This document shows positions 52,461 to 61,559 of a stretch of 64,000 nucleotides of DNA, piece after piece (the stretch's first letter is position 1; each line of letters starts with the position of its first letter). A program made the translations under genes and the position numbers. The stretch is taken from NCBI GenBank assembly GCA_031393505.1, contig JANMVX010000175.1, positions 3,536 through 67,535 on the forward strand. Direction: 5' to 3'. The notes beneath the pieces were generated by a model. It saw only the letters and a program-made list of their open reading frames with translations, searched no databases and was not told where the DNA came from. The DNA comes from Hyphomicrobiaceae bacterium. Its GTDB lineage: Bacteria; Pseudomonadota; Alphaproteobacteria; Rhizobiales; Hyphomicrobiaceae.

Positions 52461-53732
52461 TCAGTTCGTCAGCACCGGCGTGCTGCTGACCGGCATGGTC
52501 GCGACCGCATCGGCGATCTTTTCGATCATGTGGGTGACGCCGTCGTCCAAGGCGCCGCCGCGCATGTATTTGTCCCAGGCCAGGATGGGCGCCCAGCCGC
52601 TGGTGGGATCGGTGGGTGCAATGCCGCTTTGCGGCAGGCCGTTCGGATAGAAATGCACCAGCAGCTTGTTGGCCTGCGGGATGACGGCGGGATCGCTCCA
52701 CTTTGCGGCCAGGCCCGCATAGTCGCGCGGCATCACGGTGTCGGCCGGATAGTTGGGATTGTCGAGGCTGAACGCATGGCTTGGTTCGTGGGCGTTCTCA
52801 TCCGACCAGATCGCAACCACCGACATGACCGAGGAGGCTGCAACGTCGCCCGAGACCGCCGTGATCGGATCGCCGACTTTGAGCCAGGGCGAGTTCATGG
52901 CTTCGTTCAGGCATTCCAGACCGGATTCGGTGTAGTCGCCGCCGCCCGATTCGACCTCGGGTTGAACGAAGTCCGCGAATAGCGTCTCCTCGAACGGCAG
53001 TTTGAAGAAGCCGGTGGCGGCGCGCAGTGGAACGTCATCGCCATTATTGGTGGGAACGCTTGCGGGCCGCACCTGCCAGCCGAGCGGGAACTTGTCAACC
53101 AGCCAGCCGTCGGCGGCATTGTACCGGACGTTGCCGTCGAAATCGCGAAAGAAGATCGGGCGCACCCGGATTAAATCGAACTCCGGCAGCCCGCGACCGA
53201 CCAGTTCGGAATTCAGATTGCCGTAAAAGCCCAGAGCGCGAGAGATGACGCCGTTGATCAAGAACTGCATCGAGCCCGTCGCATCGATGCACATGGCGAT
53301 GTCGAGGGCGCGCCCGACGTGCTGACTGGTGGCGGTTGCGTCGACCGAAACGTCCATCGCGTCGATGCCGATCACGGGGCTGACATAGCCGCGGACATGG
53401 GCGGTGATGCGGACATGAATGCCGCCGCCCGAGAGCTCTGCGCTGACCACGGCGCCTTCCGCGGTTTTGGGCAATTCCAGTGTCAATGCGGTCTGCAGCG
53501 TCGTTCGTGCAATTGCGACACGATCCGCCACGTTAGGCAAGGGGCTGGCTGCGGCCGCCATGACGGCGCGATCGGCGATCGATTGCAGGGCCGTCTTGTA
53601 GTGAGACGCGTTACCATAGTCGATCGCCAGGCCGGCAAAGGCGGCGACAACCGCAAATCCCAAAGCGAAGACGACGGCGATCGAGCCATTGTGGTCGATC
53701 GCAAAGCTGGTCTGTGGGTTTGGCGCGCGCAT
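52461..53732 (-). CDS. TadE/TadG-like N-terminal domain + vWA-like protein (second orphan copy)
   Basis: 423-aa ORF. NGSIAVVFALGFAVVAAFAGLAIDYG (Tad-like). MIDAS-like AMCIDATGSM. Confidence 0.7.
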   Translation of the reverse strand: MRAPNPQTSFAIDHNGSIAVVFALGFAVVAAFAGLAIDYGNASHYKTALQSIADRAVMAAAASPLPNVADRVAIARTTLQTALTLELPKTAEGAVVSAELSGGGIHVRITAHVRGYVSPVIGIDAMDVSVDATATSQHVGRALDIAMCIDATGSMQFLINGVISRALGFYGNLNSELVGRGLPEFDLIRVRPIFFRDFDGNVRYNAADGWLVDKFPLGWQVRPASVPTNNGDDVPLRAATGFFKLPFEETLFADFVQPEVESGGGDYTESGLECLNEAMNSPWLKVGDPITAVSGDVAASSVMSVVAIWSDENAHEPSHAFSLDNPNYPADTVMPRDYAGLAAKWSDPAVIPQANKLLVHFYPNGLPQSGIAPTDPTSGWAPILAWDKYMRGGALDDGVTHMIEKIADAVATMPVSSTPVLTN

Positions 53733-54037
53733 GTTGGGGTGGAGGCTCAGCGTTTGATCCGTGCTGAGCAGACTGCTTGAAGACTGCTAAGGTTCGATTA
53801 CAGTTAATTTTAAGATGACGAAGACCTCGATCAACTTTCGTTGCGCTCTTTCTGCCAGTAGCAAGACTTGGACTCCTAAGCTAAGTATAGTCCCGAATAT
53901 TGCTGACGTAAGGCGCAACGGCGTAACCGGCGCGACGACACGCCGGCCTGACAGGAGGGGCGGGCGAGCGATAGTCTCGCTCACACGACCTGTTGACGGT
54001 TCATCGGGCTGGCAGGCCAGGACTTCAGGGACTCTCG

Positions 54038-55513
54038 ATGTTTGACTGGACGATTGGCCTTCTCACGCTGCCGGCTCTCGAACGGCTGGCGGACCTTATT
54101 GCGCTCTTTGTCCGCTCGGGCGATCTGATCCTGCTTGAGGGGGACCTCGGCGCCGGCAAAACCACCTTTGCGCGCGCCTTCTTGCGGGCGCTCGCCAACG
54201 ACCCGGCGCTGGAGGTTCCCAGCCCGACGTTCGCACTGATGCAAAGTTACGAGACGCCGCGCCTGGCCGTGCATCACTTCGATTTGTACCGCCTGAGCGG
54301 GCCCAACGAGGTGCGCGAAATTGGCTTCGACGAGGCGCAGGCGAGCGGCCTCGTGCTGGTGGAATGGCCAGACCGGGCGGGCGATCTGTTGGCGGCCGAG
54401 CGCTTGATCCTTCGGCTGGCGGACGGTCCGGCGTCGGACAACCGGCTGGTGTCGCTACATGGCGCCGGCGCCTGGGCCGAACGGCTGGCGCATATCGAGC
54501 GCGTCTTTGGATTTCTCGAAGCGACCGCTTGGCGCGCGGCGACCATTTCGCATCTGGCTGGCGATGCGTCGCGACGTTCCTACGCGCGGCTGCGCAGCGG
54601 CGACGCCACCGCACTGCTGATGGATTCGCCGCCGCTGCCGGCGCACCCGATCGTCAAGGACGGAAAACCCTATTGGGCCATTGCCCGCTCGGCGCCGGAT
54701 GTGCGTTCGTTTGTGGCCGTCGGTGCGGCTTTGGCGGATTACGGATTGTCCGTTCCGGCCATTCTCGCCGCCGACGCGCCCAACGGCCTCCTGCTGGTCG
54801 AGGACCTTGGCGACCGCACCTTTGACGCCGCCCTGCGCGAAGGCTTGCCGATGCGCGATCTCTACCGGGCGGCAGCCGATGTGCTGGTGGCGCTGGCGCA
54901 GCATCCCGCGCCGGCATTTCTGCCGCCCTACGACCTTGACGCCCTGCTGATCGAATGCCGCCTGCTGCTGGATTGGTATTGGCCCCACGTCACGGGCCGC
55001 GCGCCTTCGCCCGCCCAGGTGTGCGAATTCGAAGAGCTCTGGACCGAGGCGCTGGCGCCAATCCTCGCTCAGCCGCCGGCCTGGGTGCTGCGCGATGTGC
55101 ATTCGCCCAATCTCTTGTGGCTGCCCGAGCGCAGCGGTTTGCGGCGCGTGGGCCTGATCGATTTCCAGGACGCGCTGGCGGGCCATTCGGCCTATGACCT
55201 CGCCTCGCTGCTGTTCGACGCCCGGCTCGATGTGCCCGCTGCGGTGGAGGCTTCGCTTTACGCCCACTATCTCGCACAGCGGCGCGCGCGCGATCCCGCG
55301 TTCGACGAGCCCTCGTTCAGGCTCGCCTATGCAACGCTTGCGGCCCAGCGCAACACCAAGATCCTGGGTATTTTCGCGCGGCTGGCCAAGCGCGACGGCA
55401 AGCCGGGATACATCAAACACTTTCCACGCCTGCGGAGCTATCTATTGCGCGCGCTTGCGCATGAGGGGCTGGCGGACCTGCGCGATTGGTACCGGCACAA
55501 CCTGCCGGGATGA
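54038..55513 (+). CDS. tsaE: fusion: tRNA t6A protein TsaE (N) + aminoglycoside-phosphotransferase-fold kinase (AmgK-like, C)
   Basis: ORF 53993..55513. Start at ATG 54038. TsaE motifs GDLGAGKTTFARAFLRAL, VPSPTFALMQSY, HFDLYRL. C-terminal kinase motifs LRDVHSPNLLW, LIDFQDA. Confidence 0.8.
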   Translation: MFDWTIGLLTLPALERLADLIALFVRSGDLILLEGDLGAGKTTFARAFLRALANDPALEVPSPTFALMQSYETPRLAVHHFDLYRLSGPNEVREIGFDEAQASGLVLVEWPDRAGDLLAAERLILRLADGPASDNRLVSLHGAGAWAERLAHIERVFGFLEATAWRAATISHLAGDASRRSYARLRSGDATALLMDSPPLPAHPIVKDGKPYWAIARSAPDVRSFVAVGAALADYGLSVPAILAADAPNGLLLVEDLGDRTFDAALREGLPMRDLYRAAADVLVALAQHPAPAFLPPYDLDALLIECRLLLDWYWPHVTGRAPSPAQVCEFEELWTEALAPILAQPPAWVLRDVHSPNLLWLPERSGLRRVGLIDFQDALAGHSAYDLASLLFDARLDVPAAVEASLYAHYLAQRRARDPAFDEPSFRLAYATLAAQRNTKILGIFARLAKRDGKPGYIKHFPRLRSYLLRALAHEGLADLRDWYRHNLPG

Positions 55514-55595
55514 AACCGCCACTGACAGCGAAAGTTGTGGAACTTCTTCCAAGCCCGCGCGTTCATCGTCGACAGCAACCGAGGAGTAAATTTCC

Positions 55596-55811
55596 GTGGG
55601 AAGCACAGCAGACAAAGTCAAGGGCGTTGCAGATCAGGTCGTTGGCAACGTGAAATCGGGAATCGGCAGCGTCACCGGCTCCGATAAGATGAAGATCGAA
55701 GGGGAAGCCCAGAAGATCAAGGGCAAGGCAGAGGTCGCCGTTGGCAACGCGAAAACCGCGATCAAAAAAACGGCGGATGACGTTGCCGACGCGGTCAAGA
55801 GCAAGCTCTGA
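55596..55811 (+). CDS. CsbD family stress-response protein
   Basis: 71-aa ORF, GTG start with GAGGAG 9 nt upstream. KVKGVADQVVGNVK...EGEAQKIKGKAEVAVG pattern. Confidence 0.8.
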   Translation: MGSTADKVKGVADQVVGNVKSGIGSVTGSDKMKIEGEAQKIKGKAEVAVGNAKTAIKKTADDVADAVKSKL

Positions 55812-55837
55812 CAGTCATTTTCTACCAAAGTGAAGGT

Positions 55838-55872
55838 CCTGCGGCCTCAGCAAATGGGGCCGCAGTTTTTTT
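55838..55872 (+). terminator. Rho-independent terminator after csbD
   Basis: CTGCGGCC-N11-GGCCGCAG followed by TTTTTTT. Confidence 0.7.
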
Positions 55873-55891
55873 GCGACCGCACGCAGATTGG

Positions 55892-57241
55892 CTATTCGCC
55901 CTTCAGCGACTTGACGAACCGGCCAAGGGCGAATCCCGCTCGGCCAGCCAGGGCGAATCCCGGCTGGGTTCGAGACGGTTCTGGCGTTGGCGTCCTATCG
56001 GGGCCTGTCCGCCGGATTTCGACTACGGCCTCTTCCCAATCCCGGGCAGCGTGTTCGCCAACGTTGGCTAAAGGACGCTGACTGACTATTGATCCTATCG
56101 GCACGTCAGCAAGCGGCGCCGGTTTCGCACGCGGAACAATATCCAGCATCGGGCTGGCCGGCCGTTCGACAAAACGGATCTCGGTGGCCTCGGCAACGGC
56201 CGAGATCGGCGGCATCGGTACCGGTCGCTCACGCTTTAGCCGGATTGGCGGCGGCGCAGGGGCCTCGCGCGCGGCCGGCGCTCCGTTCGACTTCGGCTCG
56301 GCAATGCGATTTGCGGCGGCCACGGTTGCCGCGACGGCAGCGGCAACATTGGCCATGGCGCCATCCATCGAAGGCGACCGAGGCTGGACCGTTGGGGGCG
56401 ACGCGAACGCTGCGGCCGCAAGTCTGGCGGCCACTTCTTCGGCAGCCCGCAACTTGGCGAGGCTCGCCATGACCGTCGCCTCCGCCACAGCAATCTCAAT
56501 CATGTTGGACGCTACCTGCACCGGCTCGGGCGGGAGCGCGACCGGAGCTTCCAAATCCAACCTGCCAACTTCGGGCGGTTCGGCAATCGGCCGCTCGATT
56601 GTGGGCGCAGATTGCGCGAGTTCATTTTCCAACAACGGCGGACCGGCAATCTCAGACGCCGCGACTGGAGCCACTCCATCGAACATGGATGCGACAGCTT
56701 GCGAAGCCTCCGCATGAAGATCGTCCGTCTGCCACTGTGGCACTATTTCACTTGGTGCAATCGCTGCAAGCGGGGCGACTGACACAATTGGATTGACCGC
56801 CGGCTCGTGCTGCGGCTCTTGCTCGACAGGCTCGGCAGACATCGCCACAGCCTCGACGTTAGGTTCATCAAATGTGACATCTGTGGCTGCGGCTTGGGCA
56901 ACAATGGGGAGCGCCAGCGCCGCAGGTTCCGCAGCTGCTTGTGCAAAGAGTGCGCCATCGAATTCAGCGTGAAGCGCACGCAGGAGCTGCAACACGCGAT
57001 AGTCTTGCGACTTCGCCAATTCACCGTCCAGATGGGCGCGCAGTTCGTCGCTGGCGATAGCCTCGACTGGCTTGCCGCCGGCCTCGCGTTGCGCCAACTG
57101 CTGCAGGGCGCGGAATGGCTCCAATGCATGCAAGCGCCATTCGAGCTGTTCGCACAGGCCCGGCAAATCGCGCGCAAGATCGGCCAGCTCCGTGGCCATG
57201 CGACTCAACTCTCCCGGCCGTCCGTTTGGCCCGACAATCAT
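55892..57241 (-). CDS. hypothetical Ala/Pro/Glu-rich protein
   Basis: 449-aa ORF, largely low complexity with a helical N-terminal about 100 aa. No family recognised. Called mainly from ORF length and the lack of a better competing frame. Confidence 0.4.
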   Translation of the reverse strand: MIVGPNGRPGELSRMATELADLARDLPGLCEQLEWRLHALEPFRALQQLAQREAGGKPVEAIASDELRAHLDGELAKSQDYRVLQLLRALHAEFDGALFAQAAAEPAALALPIVAQAAATDVTFDEPNVEAVAMSAEPVEQEPQHEPAVNPIVSVAPLAAIAPSEIVPQWQTDDLHAEASQAVASMFDGVAPVAASEIAGPPLLENELAQSAPTIERPIAEPPEVGRLDLEAPVALPPEPVQVASNMIEIAVAEATVMASLAKLRAAEEVAARLAAAAFASPPTVQPRSPSMDGAMANVAAAVAATVAAANRIAEPKSNGAPAAREAPAPPPIRLKRERPVPMPPISAVAEATEIRFVERPASPMLDIVPRAKPAPLADVPIGSIVSQRPLANVGEHAARDWEEAVVEIRRTGPDRTPTPEPSRTQPGFALAGRAGFALGRFVKSLKGE

Positions 57242-57360
57242 GGCTTGCAGGCATAACCGTTAGCGTGCGGGCAGCGCGGCGTCTACAACGACACTGAAAG
57301 TCCGCAAGAATTTGGATCGATCGCGTATCTTGCGCCACACCGGGAAGTCCCGGAACCGCC

Positions 57361-58953
57361 TCATTTCACGTCCCGGCTCCAGTCGCGGCGGGTGCGTTTT
57401 CCGTCTTTGGCCGGTTCCTTGCGGTAGGGCACGCGGGCGCGGCGGTCGGTGTCGTAAAGCTCACCGCCGTAATTGCGGTTGTAGATGCGCGCGGCGTCGA
57501 TGCGCGGCTCCCAATCCCACGGCGTGATGCGGCCGGTGACCAGCGCATCCTGCACCAGCAGGCGGGCGTGCTGCGAGGCGATCACGTCAGCGCGGATGGC
57601 GTCGCTGTCCCAGCGTTTGGCGGCTTCGGTGGTGAGAGCTTTCAGCGCTTTGGCGTGGGCAGGATCGGCCGCGAGGTTGGTCAGCTCGTGCGGATCCTTG
57701 GCGGTGTCGAACAGCTGCACCGGATCGTTCTTGGAGACGATCAGCTTCAGTGTGCCGCGCTTGATCATGAAGACCGGCTCGGTCGTGCCTTCGGCGAGGT
57801 ACTCTCCGTACACCGTATCGGACCACGCGTTGGGCTTGTCGCCGCGCACCAGCGGCATCAGGCTCGCCCCTACCAGCGGGGCGGCGGGAGCTCGCGCGGC
57901 CTCCCCGGCAATATCGATGAAGGTCGGCATCAGATCGATCAGCGAGGCGTTCTGGCTGACACGCCTGGCCTTGGTCTCGCCGGGCATTTTCACGATCAGC
58001 GGCACCCGGATGGAGCGCTCGTTGAACACCATCTTGAACCACAACCCGCGCTCGCCCAGCATGTCGCCATGGTCGGCCGTGACCATGACGATGGTGTTGT
58101 CCATGAGCCCCGTGCGCTTCATCGGTTCCAGCACGTCCCCGATCAGCTGATCGGCGTAACTGATCATGGAATAGTAGCCGTGCCGGGCGGTGCGGATGTG
58201 CTGTTCCGTGACCTCGTACTCGCCGCGGTCGTACATGTCCCACATGCGGCGCGCGAAGGGGGCGCGCTCATTGTGCGACTGGTACGGAACGTCAGGCATA
58301 TCGATATCGTCGTCGCGGTAACGGTCCCAGTAGGCGCGCGGCGCCATATAGGGATCGTGCGGGTGCATGAGCGACACGCACATCATGAAGGGCCGCTCGT
58401 CCGTGGAGCGCCCGGCATCCCACAGCCAGCGCGCGGATTTTTGCGCCACCTCCTCATCATAGTCGATTTCAAGGGTGCGGTCGTAGGGGCCGGCCTCGGT
58501 CACCGACAGCATAGTGTGGAACCACCAGTGCACGCGCTCCGGATCCTCCCAGGTCGGTGTCCAGCCGAAGTCGCCGGGATACATGTCGGTGGTGATGCGC
58601 TCCTCGAAACCATGCAACTGGTCCGCGCCGACAAAGTGCATTTTGCCGGCGAGACAGGTGCGGTAGCCGCCGAGGCGGAGATGATGCGCAAATGTCGGAA
58701 TCGAGGATTTGAATTCGGTCGCGTTGTCGTAGCCGCCGATTTTATGATTGGCCTGTCCGGTCATGAAGGACATGCGCGAGGGGCCGCAGAGGGCGGAGTT
58801 GCAGTAGAAGTTCTCGAACACGGTCCCCTGATCGGCCAACGCAGAGATATGCGGCGTCTGCACCAGCTTGTGGCCGTAGTCGGGCAGCGACTGCGGGGCG
58901 AGTTGGTCCAGCATCAAGAGGAGAATGTTGGGGCGTTTGGATTTGGCGGGCAT
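57361..58953 (-). CDS. betC: sulfatase family protein, choline-sulfatase-like
   Basis: ORF 57361..59022. Start at ATG 58953 (MPAKSKRPNILLLMLDQL). Formylglycine motif LCGPSRMSFMTG. ADHGDMLGERG. Confidence 0.7.
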   Translation of the reverse strand: MPAKSKRPNILLLMLDQLAPQSLPDYGHKLVQTPHISALADQGTVFENFYCNSALCGPSRMSFMTGQANHKIGGYDNATEFKSSIPTFAHHLRLGGYRTCLAGKMHFVGADQLHGFEERITTDMYPGDFGWTPTWEDPERVHWWFHTMLSVTEAGPYDRTLEIDYDEEVAQKSARWLWDAGRSTDERPFMMCVSLMHPHDPYMAPRAYWDRYRDDDIDMPDVPYQSHNERAPFARRMWDMYDRGEYEVTEQHIRTARHGYYSMISYADQLIGDVLEPMKRTGLMDNTIVMVTADHGDMLGERGLWFKMVFNERSIRVPLIVKMPGETKARRVSQNASLIDLMPTFIDIAGEAARAPAAPLVGASLMPLVRGDKPNAWSDTVYGEYLAEGTTEPVFMIKRGTLKLIVSKNDPVQLFDTAKDPHELTNLAADPAHAKALKALTTEAAKRWDSDAIRADVIASQHARLLVQDALVTGRITPWDWEPRIDAARIYNRNYGGELYDTDRRARVPYRKEPAKDGKRTRRDWSRDVK

Positions 58954-59005
58954 TGGCGGGCTCGTTGAATTTTGAAGAGATGATACTTGAAAGTCTCTTG
59001 GCCGG

Positions 59006-59136
59006 TGCAAGCCTGCCCTCATCCGGCCAAAAGGCCACCTTTTCCCGTAAGTACGGGAGAAGGAAAGGGCTGGTATATTTCCTTCTCCCGTACTTACGGG
59101 AGAAGGTGGCCCTTTGGGCCGGATGAGGGGGCGCTT
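59006..59136. repeat. 131-bp nested palindrome, same family as 49517/50101
   Basis: Outer arms GCAAGCCTGCCCTCATCCGGCCAAAAGGCCACCTTTTCCCG / CGGGAGAAGGTGGCCCTTTGGGCCGGATGAGGGGGCGCTTGC. Ends 9 bp from the DUF559 stop. Confidence 0.75.
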
Positions 59137-59145
59137 GCTCGGTTC

Positions 59146-59511
59146 TCAGCGTTCTGGCGCTTTCCGGATAAAGTCGAGGATGCCATCCAGCACGCCGACT
59201 ATGTTTCGATACACATCGCGATTGTCGACGCGATAAATCCGATAGCCCCGCGCCTCAAGATCCGAGGTCCGGGCTATATCGCGAGCAATTTCCTCGGGCG
59301 TCCCGTGCGTCGCTCCGTCAATCTCGACAATAACTTTGACTTCGCGGCACACGAAATCCGCGATCCACGGCCCAATCGGAGACTGTTGGATGAATTTGAG
59401 ATCGTCGAGCCGGCGGTCGCGCAGGCGCGCCCAGAGAAGATCCTCCGCTCTCGTTGCATTGGCGCGCAGGGTGCGGGCGCGTTTGAGACTGGGGGCATTA
59501 CCGGGGCGCAT
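59146..59511 (-). CDS. DUF559 (Vsr-like) endonuclease domain protein, copy 2
   Basis: 121-aa ORF, roughly 80% identical by eye to copy 1 (RARTLRANATRAEDLLWARLRDRRLDDLKF...VIVEIDGATHGTPEEIARD...RGYRIYRVDNRDVYRN). Confidence 0.8.
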   Translation of the reverse strand: MRPGNAPSLKRARTLRANATRAEDLLWARLRDRRLDDLKFIQQSPIGPWIADFVCREVKVIVEIDGATHGTPEEIARDIARTSDLEARGYRIYRVDNRDVYRNIVGVLDGILDFIRKAPER

Positions 59512-59564
59512 TGTCTATCCTAAGGCTTCGTCGGCGGACTATGCAGTGCCTTGTATTGTTGGTC

Positions 59565-59700
59565 GGAGCAAGCAGCCTCCCTCATCCGGCCAAAAGGCCA
59601 CCTTCTCCCGTAAGTACGGGAGAAGGAAAGAGTTCAGGTCTATTTTCCTTCTCCCGTACTTACGGGAGAAGGTGGCCTCTGGCCGGATGAGGGACTCGGA
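59565..59700. repeat. about 135-bp nested palindrome, same family
   Basis: Outer arms CCCTCATCCGGCCAAAAGGCCACCTTCTCCCG (59579-59610) / CGGGAGAAGGTGGCCTCTGGCCGGATGAGGG (59663-59693). Confidence 0.75.
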
Positions 59701-59727
59701 TCTTGCCGCGCTGGATGACTGCGTGCC

Positions 59728-60888
59728 TCACGGCGCCGGCGCATCCTCGACCTTAGGCGGTGGCAACGCCGCAACTACGCCCACCGTCCAGCCGATCAGC
59801 TCTTGCGCCGTCCGGCCGAAGGCGTCGTTCAATCCAGCAGCGGCGGCCTTCGCGTCGCCGGACACCAGCGGCGTCTTGGCCTTGAAAATGCGCCCCGCCA
59901 GCACGCGGCCCTTGGCGTTGATGAGCTTGGCGCTCAGCTCCAGTTCCGCCGCTGGACCGCCGTCGGTTGCGATCCCGAACGAGCGGATATCGCTCTGCAA
60001 CAGATAATCCGAGGACGACCCATCGCCGCGCACCACCGAACCGACCAGGCCTGCGTTCTCGAACGACTGCACCAGCCGGGCCTGCATCAGCTTGGGCAGC
60101 GCGTCAGCCCAACTGGCGGACGCAGCGTCCGCGCCCGCCGCCGGATCGAGCAACAGTTTGTCGGAATCGAGGCTGCCGAGCGCGCTGGGTTCGCTGACGG
60201 CAATCTGCCCGGCCGGAACCTTAGCGATCAGGCTGAGCGTCTTGGGCGGCGTCAGGTCCACCACCAGCCCACCGCTCTTCTTGCCGGCCCCGCCCGACAT
60301 GCGCTCCATGCCGGCCAGAATGCCGTCGACGCGGTCCGAGTTGCGGGCCAACGCTGTCGTGAAACTGTTCAGATTGGCGATGGTGCTCTTCAGCGGATCG
60401 GCGTTGTCCGTCAGCATGCCATCCAATTTCGTCAACGCCGCCCGGACCGACTGTGTCATCGACAGCGAGGCGTCCGCATCGGCTTGGAGGAAGGGCAGAT
60501 CGCCAGGTCGGTTGGGCTGCAAGGGAGCTGCCTTCGGGTCGCCTCCGGCCATGGCGACGGTGGCGGCGCCGGTCAGGCCCTGAAAGTCCAGCGCGACTTT
60601 GGTGTCGGACCGCACCGGCGTGCCGGCCTCAACGCCGATGCCCACCTGCACCTGATGCGGATCGGCGCTGTACAGCGTCACATAGACGACCTCACCCAAG
60701 CGCACGCCATTGAAGGTGACTGGCGATCCGGTGGTGAGGCCTGCGACTGAGCCCTTGAAGAAGATGTTGTAATAGTCGCGCCGCCCGATCCCGCCGGAAT
60801 TGCTGAGCCAGTACACGAACAAAAACCCGGCCGCGATGACGCCGAGCGTGAACAGCCCGATGGTGAGATAGCGTGCGCGAATTTCCAT
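59728..60888 (-). CDS. MCE/MlaD family protein with C-terminal ABC-transport auxiliary-like domain
   Basis: ORF 59728..60900. Start at ATG 60888 (MEIRARYLTIGLFTLGVIAAG). GSPVTFNGVRLGEV and ALDFQGLTGAATVAMAGG motifs. Confidence 0.8.
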   Translation of the reverse strand: MEIRARYLTIGLFTLGVIAAGFLFVYWLSNSGGIGRRDYYNIFFKGSVAGLTTGSPVTFNGVRLGEVVYVTLYSADPHQVQVGIGVEAGTPVRSDTKVALDFQGLTGAATVAMAGGDPKAAPLQPNRPGDLPFLQADADASLSMTQSVRAALTKLDGMLTDNADPLKSTIANLNSFTTALARNSDRVDGILAGMERMSGGAGKKSGGLVVDLTPPKTLSLIAKVPAGQIAVSEPSALGSLDSDKLLLDPAAGADAASASWADALPKLMQARLVQSFENAGLVGSVVRGDGSSSDYLLQSDIRSFGIATDGGPAAELELSAKLINAKGRVLAGRIFKAKTPLVSGDAKAAAAGLNDAFGRTAQELIGWTVGVVAALPPPKVEDAPAP

Positions 60889-61052
60889 GGCGGTCCTCAA
60901 TCCCGTTCAAAAACATCGACGCTAACGCTGTTCTCTCCTCTCACCCCCCCTTTGCTTAGGACACCCGCCAAAACAAATGAATCGTTTCGCACGCTGGTCA
61001 TATGGTGATGTGACTCGGGGTTGCGGGATTTCGAGGCTGGTCTGACAGCAGT

Positions 61053-61364
61053 ATGCCGGTCGGCATAATCGACATGCAAGCGATTCGCCAACTCTGGAAC
61101 GATGTAGGCTCGAAGCTCGATGAGCGTCGGCGCCGATTGTTCGCCGCCGGCGAAGTTCGGGCGGCAGGGCGCGGTGGCCTGGCTGGCCTGGATCCCGGAT
61201 CAGCGTCCAGGACCGCCCGCCTCGGCGGCTGGAACTGCACTTACAAACCACCCGGCCCTAAAACCATGGCGCGCGGCCTCGACCGCCTGTTCGCCCGCAT
61301 CCAATACCAACCTGCATGGATCTTGACCCATTGTCTTGCGAGAGATCAGACGCCCGCAGAGTAG
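61053..61364 (+). pseudogene. possible remnant of an ISAzo13-like transposase N-terminus
   Basis: The translation LDERRRRLFAAGEVRAAGRGGLAG resembles, from memory, the conserved N-terminal HTH region of ISAzo13-family transposases. The rest is degenerate and no transposase body follows. Confidence 0.3.
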
Positions 61365-61446
61365 GGGCGCACAGCAGTGCGCCCGGCGCGCCACATCCGA
61401 CGGACCAACTATGTCGCACGCCGGGCGCGCTGCTGCGCGCCCCTAC
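61361..61446. repeat. 28-nt inverted repeat pair (26/28)
   Basis: GTAGGGGCGCACAGCAGTGCGCCCGGCG (61361-61388) versus the reverse complement of CGCCGGGCGCGCTGCTGCGCGCCCCTAC (61419-61446). Confidence 0.65.
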
Positions 61447-61559
61447 CAATCACCGATGAGTCAACATCAACGGAGTTTGGTATAAGGGTTTACGATTGCT
61501 CAGGAAACGCAACAAGTGTGAATCCGGTAGCTGAAGAAGGGGGAGAGGAGGAAAAAACC

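Noticed and set aside
57568-58968. 466-aa + strand ORF antisense to the sulfatase gene
   Set aside because: It is a shadow ORF. The minus strand carries the sulfatase CxPxR motif and metal-binding residues.
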